A DNA stretch of 32,000 bases from positions 360,001-392,000 of the forward strand of contig JAXLZO010000001.1 of the NCBI GenBank assembly GCA_046350815.1. Direction: 5' to 3'. Below the pieces are notes generated by a model. That model did no database searches. It was given only the letters and a program-made list of their open reading frames with translations, and was not told where the DNA came from. Within the stretch, counting starts at the first letter, position 1; each line of letters starts with the position of its first letter. Of this stretch, positions 1 to 8,188 are shown piece after piece. The position numbers were made by a program, and so were the translations under genes. Source of the DNA: Candidatus Saccharimonadota bacterium. Its GTDB lineage: Bacteria; Patescibacteriota; Gracilibacteria; BD1-5; UBA2023.

Positions 1-483
1 ATTCTCATTGATGCAAACTTCTCTCCAGTTATATCAGTTACCTATGATATTCATAGTGTTCGTTCTGGTGAAGTGATCAATCTTGATAGTCTTGACATGG
101 TTGTGAAGACAACAGGTTCTCTCTCTCCTGATGATGCCGTAAAGTTTGCAGCAAATATGCTCCAATCATACGTCGCACTCTTCAATGAGAATGCACGTGA
201 AGTGGAACCGGGTTTTCTCGCAGATCCAAAGGCAATTCTCGAACATGAGAGTGCACAGCGCGTGCACGATGCTGAACGTGAAGCATATACTCCGATCGAG
301 ATTCTCGGACTCTCTCCAAGAACTCTCAATGCACTCGTCAATGGTGAAATCCTCTCAATTGAGGGGCTCACAAAATGTACAGAGGCAAAGCTTGGAAGTA
401 TCAAGTGATTTGGTCGAAAAGCTATGACAGAGGTTCGTGATGCACTTGCTGAACGCGGCCTCAAACTCTTTTGAGATGATTAA
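1..483 (+). CDS. rpoA: DNA-directed RNA polymerase alpha subunit, C-terminal part (5' end lies outside the window)
   Basis: Frame 1 is open from base 1. The sequence is alpha-CTD-like (PIEILGLSPRTLNALVNGEILSIEGL). Two in-frame TGA codons (406-408, 472-474) are read as Gly, and the real stop is TAA 481-483. rplQ follows, as in alpha operons. Confidence 0.88.
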
Positions 484-494
484 CACTCCATATT

Positions 495-857
495 ATGCGC
501 CATCAAAAACGCAAGTTTCTTAAATTTAAAAATAAAGATCAGTCCCATCGCGATTCTATGCTTCGCAACTTGGTGACTGCTATCTTTACTCACAAATCGC
601 TCATCACAACTGAAAAGCGAGCTCGTGCCATTATTCCAATGGTCGACAAGCTTATTCATGCGGCACAGGCTGACAATAAAATGAATGCCATTCGTACCGT
701 TATGCAGGTTGTCTACACTCAGGAATCTTCTGAAGAGCTTTTTGGAACGGTTGCTCCGGCAATGATCGGTCGATCTTCTGGCTTTACTCGTATCACTCCA
801 ATCAAGTATCGTGATGGTGATCGTGCAAAACTTGTTAAAATTGAATTCGTATCATAA
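495..857 (+). CDS. rplQ: 50S ribosomal protein L17
   Basis: 120-aa ORF starting MRHQKRKFLKFKNKDQSHRDSMLRNL..., typical of L17, directly after rpoA. Confidence 0.95.
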   Translation: MRHQKRKFLKFKNKDQSHRDSMLRNLVTAIFTHKSLITTEKRARAIIPMVDKLIHAAQADNKMNAIRTVMQVVYTQESSEELFGTVAPAMIGRSSGFTRITPIKYRDGDRAKLVKIEFVS

Positions 858-862
858 TTATT

Positions 863-1297
863 ATGCAAAAAACACTTGTAGCACCTCAAATTGCTTCCCA
901 AGACCGCCCTTGGTTTCTCATCGATGCTGAAGGTAAGACTCTTGGTCGACTTGCAACTCAGGTTGCTCGATTGCTTACTGGTCGCAATCGTGTGGATTAT
1001 ACTCCGCACAATGACAATGGCGCTCACGTTATTATTCTGAATGCAGCAAAGATTCGTGTTTCTGGATCGAAGATGCAACAGAAGCTATACCGAAGCCATT
1101 CTCAATTCATGGGTGGACTCAAAGAAGTGAGTCTTGAGAGAATGCTTGTAAAAAAGCCTCTCTTCGTTCTTGAACATGCAATTTCAGGTATGATTCCAAA
1201 GAATCGACAGCGTCAAGACGTTCTTAAACGTCTTCGACTTGAGATTGGGGGAACTCATCCATACGATGCTCAAAAGCCTCAAACTATCACTCTCTAA
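863..1297 (+). CDS. rplM: 50S ribosomal protein L13
   Basis: 144-aa ORF with PWFLIDAEGKTLGRLATQVARLLTG, an L13 signature. Paired with rpsI. Confidence 0.95.
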   Translation: MQKTLVAPQIASQDRPWFLIDAEGKTLGRLATQVARLLTGRNRVDYTPHNDNGAHVIILNAAKIRVSGSKMQQKLYRSHSQFMGGLKEVSLERMLVKKPLFVLEHAISGMIPKNRQRQDVLKRLRLEIGGTHPYDAQKPQTITL

Positions 1298-1311
1298 GCC
1301 TGTCATTCGTT

Positions 1312-1704
1312 ATGGAAAAGAAATATTTTTACGCAATTGGTCGTCGTAAGACGGCAACTGCTCAGGTTCGTCTCTTTGCTGATAAGGGTTCATCTCTTAT
1401 CAATGGACGTCCATTCAATGAGTATATTTCTCGCTCAGACCTTTTCGCTCGACTTCTTAGTCCATTGAAAATTGCATCTTTGCTTGATAGTACTCACTTT
1501 GAGGTTCAGGTAAATGGTTCAGGAATCTCTGCTCAAGCTGATGCAATTGCACTCGGTCTTGCTCGTGCAGTTATTCTCCTCGATCCTGCTCTTCGTCCAC
1601 AACTCAAGGGTGCAGACCTTCTGAGTCGAGATGCGAGAAAGGTAGAGCGCAAAAAACCTGGTCTCCACAAAGCACGCAAGGGCCCTTCTTGGTCAAAGCG
1701 TTAG
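1312..1704 (+). CDS. rpsI: 30S ribosomal protein S9
   Basis: 130-aa ORF with YAIGRRKTATAQVRL and a C-terminal ...SKR, typical of S9. Confidence 0.95.
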   Translation: MEKKYFYAIGRRKTATAQVRLFADKGSSLINGRPFNEYISRSDLFARLLSPLKIASLLDSTHFEVQVNGSGISAQADAIALGLARAVILLDPALRPQLKGADLLSRDARKVERKKPGLHKARKGPSWSKR

Positions 1705-1722
1705 TATTTTACCCTACTTTGC

Positions 1723-2145
1723 ATGCCTACTATTAATCAATTGATTCGTAAGCCTCGAACTGACAAGTCTCGTAAGAGCAAGTCCCCGGCGCTTCAATAT
1801 ATCAAAAACTCTATTGCACGAGATCTTCGTGATCAAGTGGCTCCTCAGAAACGAGGTGTTTGTACAAAGGTATATACAACGACTCCAAAAAAGCCAAACT
1901 CGGCTCTTCGAAAAGTTGCAAAAGTACGTCTTACCAATGGTCAAGAAGTGATCTCTTATATCGGTGGCGAAGGACACAATCTCCAAGAACATTCCGTTGT
2001 TCTTATTCGTGGAGGTCGTGTAAAGGATCTACCAGGTGTACGATATCATATCGTTCGTGGTGTTCTTGATTGCCAAGGAGTTGATAAGCGTCGTCAAGGT
2101 CGCTCGCTCTACGGTAACAAACGTCCAAAAGCTGCTAAAAAATAG
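1723..2145 (+). CDS. rpsL: 30S ribosomal protein S12
   Basis: [12 protein letters not shown]... and [19 protein letters not shown] are S12 hallmarks. Confidence 0.97.
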   Translation: MPTINQLIRKPRTDKSRKSKSPALQYIKNSIARDLRDQVAPQKRGVCTKVYTTTPKKPNSALRKVAKVRLTNGQEVISYIGGEGHNLQEHSVVLIRGGRVKDLPGVRYHIVRGVLDCQGVDKRRQGRSLYGNKRPKAAKK

Positions 2146-2162
2146 TATAAAATTCTGAAATT

Positions 2163-2615
2163 ATGAGTACAAAAGGTACAATCACTCTCAATGTGCATAA
2201 TGAAAAACTCATGAAGTTTGTAAATTATGTCATGAAGTGTGGCAAGAAAACTCTTGCTCTCAAGATCGTTTCATCAGCTTTTGAGACTATCAAGACAAAA
2301 GGCTTCGACAATCCTGAGGATGTCTTCGAAAAGGCATTCGATAATGTTATGCCAAAGATCGAAGTTCGTCCAAAGCGAGTTGGTGGATCTATCTACCAAG
2401 TGCCACAGGAAGTACGATCTGGTCGTCAATTTGCTCTTGCAAGTCGATGGATTCTTGCTTCTGCACGTGGAAAAAGTGGAAATAACTTCTCTGCATTTCT
2501 TGCACAAGAACTTATCGAAGCTTCTCAGGAGACTGGAAATGCTGTAAAGAAAAAGCTTGAAGTCTACAAGATGGCTGAGGCAAACAAGGCATTTGCTCGT
2601 TTTGCAAAACGATAG
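2163..2615 (+). CDS. rpsG: 30S ribosomal protein S7
   Basis: 150-aa ORF, S7-like (KCGKKTLALKIV..., EVRPKRVGGSIYQVP), directly after rpsL. Confidence 0.95.
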   Translation: MSTKGTITLNVHNEKLMKFVNYVMKCGKKTLALKIVSSAFETIKTKGFDNPEDVFEKAFDNVMPKIEVRPKRVGGSIYQVPQEVRSGRQFALASRWILASARGKSGNNFSAFLAQELIEASQETGNAVKKKLEVYKMAEANKAFARFAKR

Positions 2616-2639
2616 TTTTTATCTCTCTCGTCAACTACT

Positions 2640-2918
2640 ATGGCTCACAAAAAAGCTCAATGATCGACCGCCAATGGTCGTGATAGTAACGCCAAACGAC
2701 TTGGTGTAAAAATCTTCGGTGATCAACCTGCCATTGCTGGTAACATTATTGTTCGTCAAAAGGGCAATAAGTTCTGGCCTGCAGAAGGTGTGAGTCAGGG
2801 TTCTGACTTTACACTCTTCGCTACTCGTGATGGCATGGTAAAGTTTACTGAAAAGAAGCGTGTTCGTTTCGACGGACGCACTTACAAAGACCTCTACATA
2901 TCAGTTGTTCAGGCATAA
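2640..2918 (+). CDS. rpmA: 50S ribosomal protein L27
   Basis: Absent from the ORF track because codon 8 is TGA (2661-2663). With TGA=Gly it reads [45 protein letters not shown]..., a clear L27. Stop is TAA 2916-2918. Confidence 0.9.
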
Positions 2919-2919
2919 A

Positions 2920-2948
2920 AATTCCTTCAAAAAGAAGGGATTTTTTAT
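2920..2948. terminator. Intrinsic terminator hairpin between convergent rpmA and the minus-strand cassette
   Basis: Stem AATTCCTTC / GAAGGGATT (one G-U pair), loop AAAAA, T-run downstream and A-run upstream. Confidence 0.6.
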
Positions 2949-3081
2949 TTGTATAAAAGGAGAACAGATTTGCAATTCTAAAGAATGGAGTGGGCTCATA
3001 TCTTCCACAGACAATGGCAAAAATCGTTTTGTTCCACCAGTGCGTACGTCATCAGTTATCAAAAATGGGAAAGCTGGATCT

Positions 3082-3402
3082 TTAGTTTCAACCATATGGT
3101 ACGATTGTTGCTCAAATTGTTTTACCAAATCCTGTGGGTCAGTAGTAGCCAATTATCCTAACAATCAGTGGTAAAAAGGCGACTACTAATCCAGCACTTA
3201 CCAAACCAAATGCACCACCGCCTAAAAACAGGGCTTTTTTCACACGTACTACTTTGGGGACTGTAAGCTCGGTAAATTGCTTATCAAACCTTTGACTTTG
3301 CATACGATTAGCTTTTTTGGTATCTGCAAATAGTTTATCAATGGTTTTAGGTTTTAAAGTTGGTACTTTTTTGGATCTGAGCTTATTCAAAAAACTATTC
3401 AT
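3082..3402 (-). CDS. Small tail-anchored membrane protein, unknown function. It ends at 3139 if TGA terminates and at 3082 if TGA=Gly.
   Basis: ATG at 3402 lies 5 nt after a GGAGG Shine-Dalgarno, which host genes here lack. The N-terminus is basic and there is one C-terminal TM helix (ALFLGGGAFGLVSAGLVVAFLPLIV). TGA at 3139-3141 sits right after the helix. The 19-codon read-through tail contains 3 more TGA codons. Confidence 0.5.
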
Positions 3403-3473
3403 TTCAACCTCCGACACTTAATTCAGCTTCTAAATCAGCCAACATTTTTTGCTGTCGTTGATACTCCACCCAT

Positions 3474-3667
3474 TATTCAAGTATCGCCTTAGCTAATTCA
3501 ATCTGCGGCGGTGGACAACCATCTTCGGCATTGTTGTTTTCGATTGATTCCATGATAAGCCCCAACGCTTTAGGTAATTGTTGCTTGGTGAATCCACTAT
3601 AAAAGATAAAATTAGTTTTATCTTTTATAGTGTAACAGGAAGTTTCTGATTGTGTGGTAATGATTTC
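3474..3667 (-). pseudogene. XRE/Cro-like helix-turn-helix fragment with no usable start codon, in frame with the upstream 279-aa ORF
   Basis: The frame is open between two TAA codons (3668-3670 and 3474-3476). The peptide ...IKDKTNFIFYSGFTKQQLPKALGLIMESIENNNAEDGCPPPQIELAKAILE loosely fits the XRE HTH pattern (sq..LA..LG......ie.g...P....l..iAkaL). The only ATG (3553) would give 26 aa. Confidence 0.25.
3597..3630. repeat. Perfect 15-bp inverted repeat with a 4-nt spacer (candidate operator or hairpin)
   Basis: CTATAAAAGATAAAA ttag TTTTATCTTTTATAG, read directly. No flanking T-run on either side. Confidence 0.85.
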
Positions 3668-4507
3668 TTATACAGCTATGCTTTTTAATCTTGAAGCAAA
3701 ATAACTAAGTTCTTGCTCCTTTGATTTAGCTACTTTCCCTTGTATCAAGGCAACTCTATGACTAGATGTGGGTAAAAGCTCTGCCAAGCTATAGTCATAC
3801 CTTTTGTCCTTAACGCCTTTTCTATCCAGTAGATTCACTAAACTTCTGTATAGTTTTTGATCAATTGCTAGCAAGTCATCTTGGAAAATACAATTATCCT
3901 GTTTATATTTTCCATATACCCTATTGAAAAACTCCACTGCATCCTCTTTTCCATGCTCGGGATGCTCATATCTCGCTCCTTGATACTTTTCTATATCCTT
4001 ACCATTCAGCCCTAGTTTAATATCATCTAGCTCCTGTTCAAGATCAGTCATTTCTAGTCCATATTTGTTCTTCCTTTTCTTTGTTAAGGCAAGAAGGTCT
4101 ATGGTTGTATTCGCTTTTGCATCAATCTGCCTAATTTCAAAACCATCACCCAACAAAGCTTTTACCATCTTTTGAATGAGTTGTTTATTATTGAGGGTAT
4201 TTGAAACTTCATTCTGCTGATTTGTAGATTGTAGCAAAATTAGACTACTGATGGATTCATCAATAATTTGTTGTTTTCTGATTTGGATAGCGCGACAAAA
4301 ATCCACTAGAAAAACATTTTGCTCCTCAGGGATTTGTTCAATGAAATCGAGAAGAGTCTGAGTGCTGAGGGATTTTGACATATAATTTTCTTTGTAGTTT
4401 ATACACTTAGTCTTCTTTTGCAATAGTTTGACAAATCTTAAAAATCTATACAATGACCTCTCGCTTTTTTCGAAAGCCCCCGTTGCAATACTCCTACTTT
4501 TGAACAT
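3668..4507 (-). CDS. Hypothetical protein with no recognisable domain. An alternative start is Met43 at 4381.
   Basis: 279-codon ORF with no TGA and a TAA stop. Arg is coded mostly by AGA/AGG and Leu often by CTA/TTA, unlike the CGT/CTT-rich neighbouring genes. Confidence 0.55.
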   Translation of the reverse strand: MFKSRSIATGAFEKSERSLYRFLRFVKLLQKKTKCINYKENYMSKSLSTQTLLDFIEQIPEEQNVFLVDFCRAIQIRKQQIIDESISSLILLQSTNQQNEVSNTLNNKQLIQKMVKALLGDGFEIRQIDAKANTTIDLLALTKKRKNKYGLEMTDLEQELDDIKLGLNGKDIEKYQGARYEHPEHGKEDAVEFFNRVYGKYKQDNCIFQDDLLAIDQKLYRSLVNLLDRKGVKDKRYDYSLAELLPTSSHRVALIQGKVAKSKEQELSYFASRLKSIAV

Positions 4508-4638
4508 TCTTATTACTGAGTTCTCTCGAGTAGTACTAGAGCTCCTGGACGATATGTCCTATTTTTTGACTGAGGATTTTTCCCAATTGGATCATTGTCC
4601 ATTTCGAAAAGCGATGAATTTATTGTTTTCTTTTTTTC

Positions 4639-6174
4639 ATGTCCACATTTAGTGACTTTCCCCTTCGTCCTGAAATTCTCGCAGCGCTCGAGAAAAATGC
4701 ATATACTTCACCAACCAAAATTCAGGAAGAGGTAATTCGTGCTTCGTTTGAAGACAAACATATTGTTGGTCAATCTCAGACAGGTACTGGTAAGACGGCC
4801 GCCTTTGTTATACCTCTGCTTCAGAAGATCGATCCAAGCAAACGAGCAGTACAAGCAGTGATCCTTGCTCCAACTCGTGAACTCGCATATCAAATTCGCG
4901 AAGAAGTTTTCAAACTCTCGGAAGGTCTTCGAATGAAATCTATAGCTGTTTATGGCGGATCCCCAATTCGTCGTCAACGTGAAGAGCTTCAAAAAGGTCC
5001 TCAAATTGTTATTGCTACCCCAGGTCGTCTCATTGATCTTATTGATCGTGGTTATATTTATCTCGACCAGGTGAACTATATGGTTCTCGATGAAGTAGAT
5101 CGTATGCTTGATATGGGTTTTGTTGACGATATTGACCGTATATGGCAATCTTTCGGTGATCTTCGAGGTGTATATACCTTCTCGGCAACTATCACTCCAG
5201 AAATTCAAAATCTCCTTTCAAAATATCTTGATAGTGGGTATGAGCATATCAAGGCAACAGAAGGTCTTACTGTTGCAAAGATTGATCATAGTTTTGTGGA
5301 GGTTCCACATTTCGAAAAGTATGATTATCTCAAATCGTTTTTGACGGAGCACAAAGAAGATAAAACGATTATCTTTACTCGCATGAAGCGTGAAGCAGAA
5401 GAGATCGCTCGATATCTTGATCGCGATGGATATAGTGTAGGATTCCTCCACGGAGATATGATGCAACGTGATCGTATGCGCGCACTTCAAGCATTCAAAG
5501 ATGGTCATGTTCGAATATTCGTTACAACGGATGTAGCAGCTCGTGGACTTAATATGAATGCCATTGATCTCGTGGTAAACTACCATGTTCCTGAAGATCC
5601 AGAAGCATATATTCATCGTATCGGTCGTACTGGTCGTGCAAATGCAAGCGGTCAAGCTATTATGTTCGTTGCACGCGAAGAGGAACGTTCTCTCGTTATG
5701 ATTGAGAAGCGCAACAAAATCACTATTCGTCAGGTAGATCGTACTGGTACTGAGATTACTCGAACGCTCGCCCTTCCACAGTCTCGCGGTGCTGGAAATG
5801 GCTTCGGTCGTGGTCGTGGTCGGTATGGTAATTCTCGTCAATTTAATCCTCGACACTATAATGCTCACCGTGATGAGGGATCAGGATTTGCAGGAGGTAT
5901 GAGTGGTCGTGGTGGATACCAAGGGCGATCAAATGGAGGTAATAATGGATACCAGGCTCGTTCCGAGCGACCTCAGTCAGGTTATGGTTACCAAGGTGGT
6001 GGACAGTTTGCACCACGAAATGACGACAATGGAGGATATGCAGAGCGACCGAGATTTAATGACCGACCTCGTTCACAAGGGGTCCGCTCACAATTTTCTG
6101 ATCGTGATAATCGTAGTGGTGATGGAAGTGGTTCTATTGGTCGACCACCACGTCGTCGAAATTATGATGCATAA
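4639..6174 (+). CDS. DEAD-box ATP-dependent RNA helicase with a C-terminal RGG/YG-rich disordered tail
   Basis: Q motif (TSPTKIQ), Walker A (GQSQTGTGKTAAF), DEVD, SAT and HRIGRTGRA are all present. The last ~130 aa are Gly/Arg/Asn/Tyr-rich. There is no TGA in 511 codons. Confidence 0.95.
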   Translation: MSTFSDFPLRPEILAALEKNAYTSPTKIQEEVIRASFEDKHIVGQSQTGTGKTAAFVIPLLQKIDPSKRAVQAVILAPTRELAYQIREEVFKLSEGLRMKSIAVYGGSPIRRQREELQKGPQIVIATPGRLIDLIDRGYIYLDQVNYMVLDEVDRMLDMGFVDDIDRIWQSFGDLRGVYTFSATITPEIQNLLSKYLDSGYEHIKATEGLTVAKIDHSFVEVPHFEKYDYLKSFLTEHKEDKTIIFTRMKREAEEIARYLDRDGYSVGFLHGDMMQRDRMRALQAFKDGHVRIFVTTDVAARGLNMNAIDLVVNYHVPEDPEAYIHRIGRTGRANASGQAIMFVAREEERSLVMIEKRNKITIRQVDRTGTEITRTLALPQSRGAGNGFGRGRGRYGNSRQFNPRHYNAHRDEGSGFAGGMSGRGGYQGRSNGGNNGYQARSERPQSGYGYQGGGQFAPRNDDNGGYAERPRFNDRPRSQGVRSQFSDRDNRSGDGSGSIGRPPRRRNYDA

Positions 6175-6195
6175 TTTTCAGATACACTTGAAATT

Positions 6196-6224
6196 TTGAC
6201 AAAATTGAAAAGAAAGATTATGCT
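6196..6224 (+). promoter_or_regulatory. Candidate sigma-70-type promoter TTGACA-17-TATGCT
   Basis: TTGACA at 6196-6201, a 17-nt spacer, TATGCT at 6219-6224. Two further TATAAT boxes lie at about 6251-6266. Confidence 0.4.
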
Positions 6225-6265
6225 ATAGCTACAGTCTCCTTTCTCAATTCGTATAATTTTCTATA

Positions 6266-6406
6266 ATGCAACTTCCAGAAAAATCATCATCTTCTTTTGT
6301 AGATACGCTCAAGCTCTGGATTGCTCTGATCTTGAGTAAGGATCCAAAGAAAATGCATGATATTGTCATGCACGCGAGAAAATGAGTGCAGAATAATCTG
6401 AAATAA
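6266..6406 (+). CDS. Possible 46-aa small ORF, or a non-coding leader/sRNA
   Basis: ATG 6266 to TAA 6404-6406 with one in-frame TGA, giving MQLPEKSSSSFVDTLKLWIALILSKDPKKMHDIVMHARKGVQNNLK. No homology recognised. Confidence 0.2.
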
Positions 6407-6413
6407 AGTTGAA

Positions 6414-6450
6414 AAAACAGTGTAGCTTGCTACACTGTTTTCTTTTTATT
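6414..6450 (+). terminator. Strong intrinsic terminator
   Basis: 12-bp stem AAAACAGTGTAG / CTACACTGTTTT, loop CTTG, then TCTTTTTATT. It ends 16 nt before the next ATG. Confidence 0.75.
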
Positions 6451-6456
6451 GATTCT

Positions 6457-7146
6457 ATGGCACTCCAGACAACTGATTTTTGTCTCATTCGCAAAACACA
6501 ACTCACCCATGATGTGTTTGAGCTTGTATTCTCTGGTCCAGTGTGGGATGTCCCGAAGGCTGGTCAATACATCATATTTGTGTTGCTACAGACTAAATTA
6601 CGACGCTCGTATTCTCTCGCAAGTTATCAGAATGGAGAATATACTTGTATCATCAAGAGGCTCGAAGATGGACAAGGTGGAAGCAAAGAGATATGCGATC
6701 TCCCCTTAGAGTCTTGTGTCCCTACCATCTGACCTATTGGACATTTTACCCTCAGTGAAGGTGATAAGACTCGTGCCTATATCGGTACCGGAACAGGGTT
6801 TGCCCCCGTCTATTTTCAGGCACGATCGAGTGTTGAGCGTGGAGATCGATCGAAGCAGATATTTGTCTATGGTGTACGAAGTGAACAAGATCAATTCTAC
6901 CTGGATCAAATTGCTCATCTTTCTGAGGTTTCCTCACAATTTTCATCTTGCTTCTATCTATCACGTCCAAAGATAGTATGATCCTCAGTGCATACTGGTT
7001 ATGTGACCGATTGGATTACTGGGGAAAATATTAGTGGGATTGAAGAATTCTACCTTTGTGGAAGTCCTGCTATGGTCAAGGACGCTCGTGCAAGACTCGA
7101 GGAATTGGGAGTGCCGAAAGAATGTGTGAAATTCGAACAATTCTAA
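6457..7146 (+). CDS. Ferredoxin-NADP reductase-like FAD/NAD(P)-binding oxidoreductase
   Basis: Joined across TGA 6730-6732 and a second TGA near 6976. Motifs: RRSYSLAS (RxYS FAD motif), TI-G-PIGHF (GPxG), GTGTGFAPV (NAD(P) binding) and YLCGSPAMV. 229 aa, TAA stop. Confidence 0.8.
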
Positions 7147-7174
7147 AAAAACATATCCATTGGATATGTTTTTT
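7146..7174. terminator. Bidirectional intrinsic terminator between convergent genes
   Basis: 13-bp stem AAAAACATATCC.../...GGATATGTTTTT with a 3-nt loop. An A-run on one side and a T-run on the other. Confidence 0.6.
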
Positions 7175-7181
7175 AGTTGCT

Positions 7182-8150
7182 TACTTTGTAGTAGTACCTT
7201 CCGTTTCAAGGGATCAGAGGAGTTTCAGGGGTAATATCTCCTATAGAATCAGAACTATTGGCTCTTTGTTTGGTTTCCGTAGTAGCACCAATAACAAAAT
7301 AAGGTTTTCCATTTTCCCTTGTACCTGTTTTGTAAGAATAGGTTTGTCCGTTAGATCCATCACATCCTGGTCATTTTGTTCAAGATGGATCGAGTACTTT
7401 TGTTGGAATCGGCATGTTTTCAAAAATATTGAGAGGAATACAACCAGAAGAATCTTCAGCTGGATAGCTGCCATGATCCATAAGATAGACTTCAAGATTG
7501 ATAGCAATACTCTCAATTTGGGTAATTCTTCCTGTATCGCGAGCTTTTCCTTGAGCTCATGTAAGTGTTGGTAGGAGCGCTGCAGCTATAATTCCAAAGA
7601 GAAATAAGAGGGGAATAATAAGTGCTGCAATGATTACAAGTGCTTTCTTTCATCCGGTTAGAGGTCTTGGATTAGTATCATCACCTTTTTCATAGTGAAA
7701 TGCTGTAACAGGGAAAATAATAAAGCCAGCAAAGAGGAGTCATACTGTCCACCAACCTCCATGCCCAGTTCGTTTGGAAATACCATGATTCAGTTTTACG
7801 TATCCTATGAATCATAGGATACAACTCATTGGTATGGCAATAAGAGCAAACACTCATTGACTGGGTGATAGTCATTCTTTCAGGCCAGCACCCATCATAA
7901 GTATAATGAGAGTGATCGGTAAGATAAGTGCTGGAAGTAGGAGCCATTTCACTCCCCATAAAAAACTTTTCCCTGCAATCCAGAGCTTATTGAACCAATT
8001 AAGGATAGGAATAAACGCAAACCAACTATTTTCAATCTCCATCTTTTTTGAAAGAATATATTGGCAGTAGGCGTAGAAAATAAAGAAAATAAGTGGCAGG
8101 ATAAAAGAAGATATTCCTATACTGCCGAAATAATTACTATCTGGATACAT
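7182..8150 (-). CDS. Polytopic membrane protein (DUF5684-like N-terminal part) fused to a type IV pilin/pseudopilin-like domain
   Basis: 322 codons re-joined across 9 in-frame TGA codons with no TAA/TAG. The N-terminus has WFAFIPILNWFNKLWIAGKSFLWGV... and further TM helices. The C-terminus IIAAALLPTLTGAQGKARDTGRITQIESIAINLEVYLMDHGSYP resembles pilin alpha-1 plus the start of the head domain. Confidence 0.7.
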
Positions 8151-8188
8151 ATGTGAAAAAGGAAAAAAAACAGAGAAAGTATATTTTT

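Noticed and set aside
2860-3174. Plus-strand ORF 2860-3174 and the minus-strand TTG-initiated ORF 2901-3152 in the rpmA/cassette junction.
   Set aside because: Both run across the rpmA 3' end and its terminator hairpin. The minus ORF has only a TTG start, ends in TGA and has no motif. They were not strong enough to call, though the minus ORF overlaps the ambiguous read-through tail discussed in the findings.
3597-3630. The 34-bp palindrome as an intrinsic terminator for the 279-aa ORF.
   Set aside because: The stem is entirely A/T-rich and there is no U-run after it in either direction. An operator or recombination site is at least as likely, so it is reported only as a repeat.
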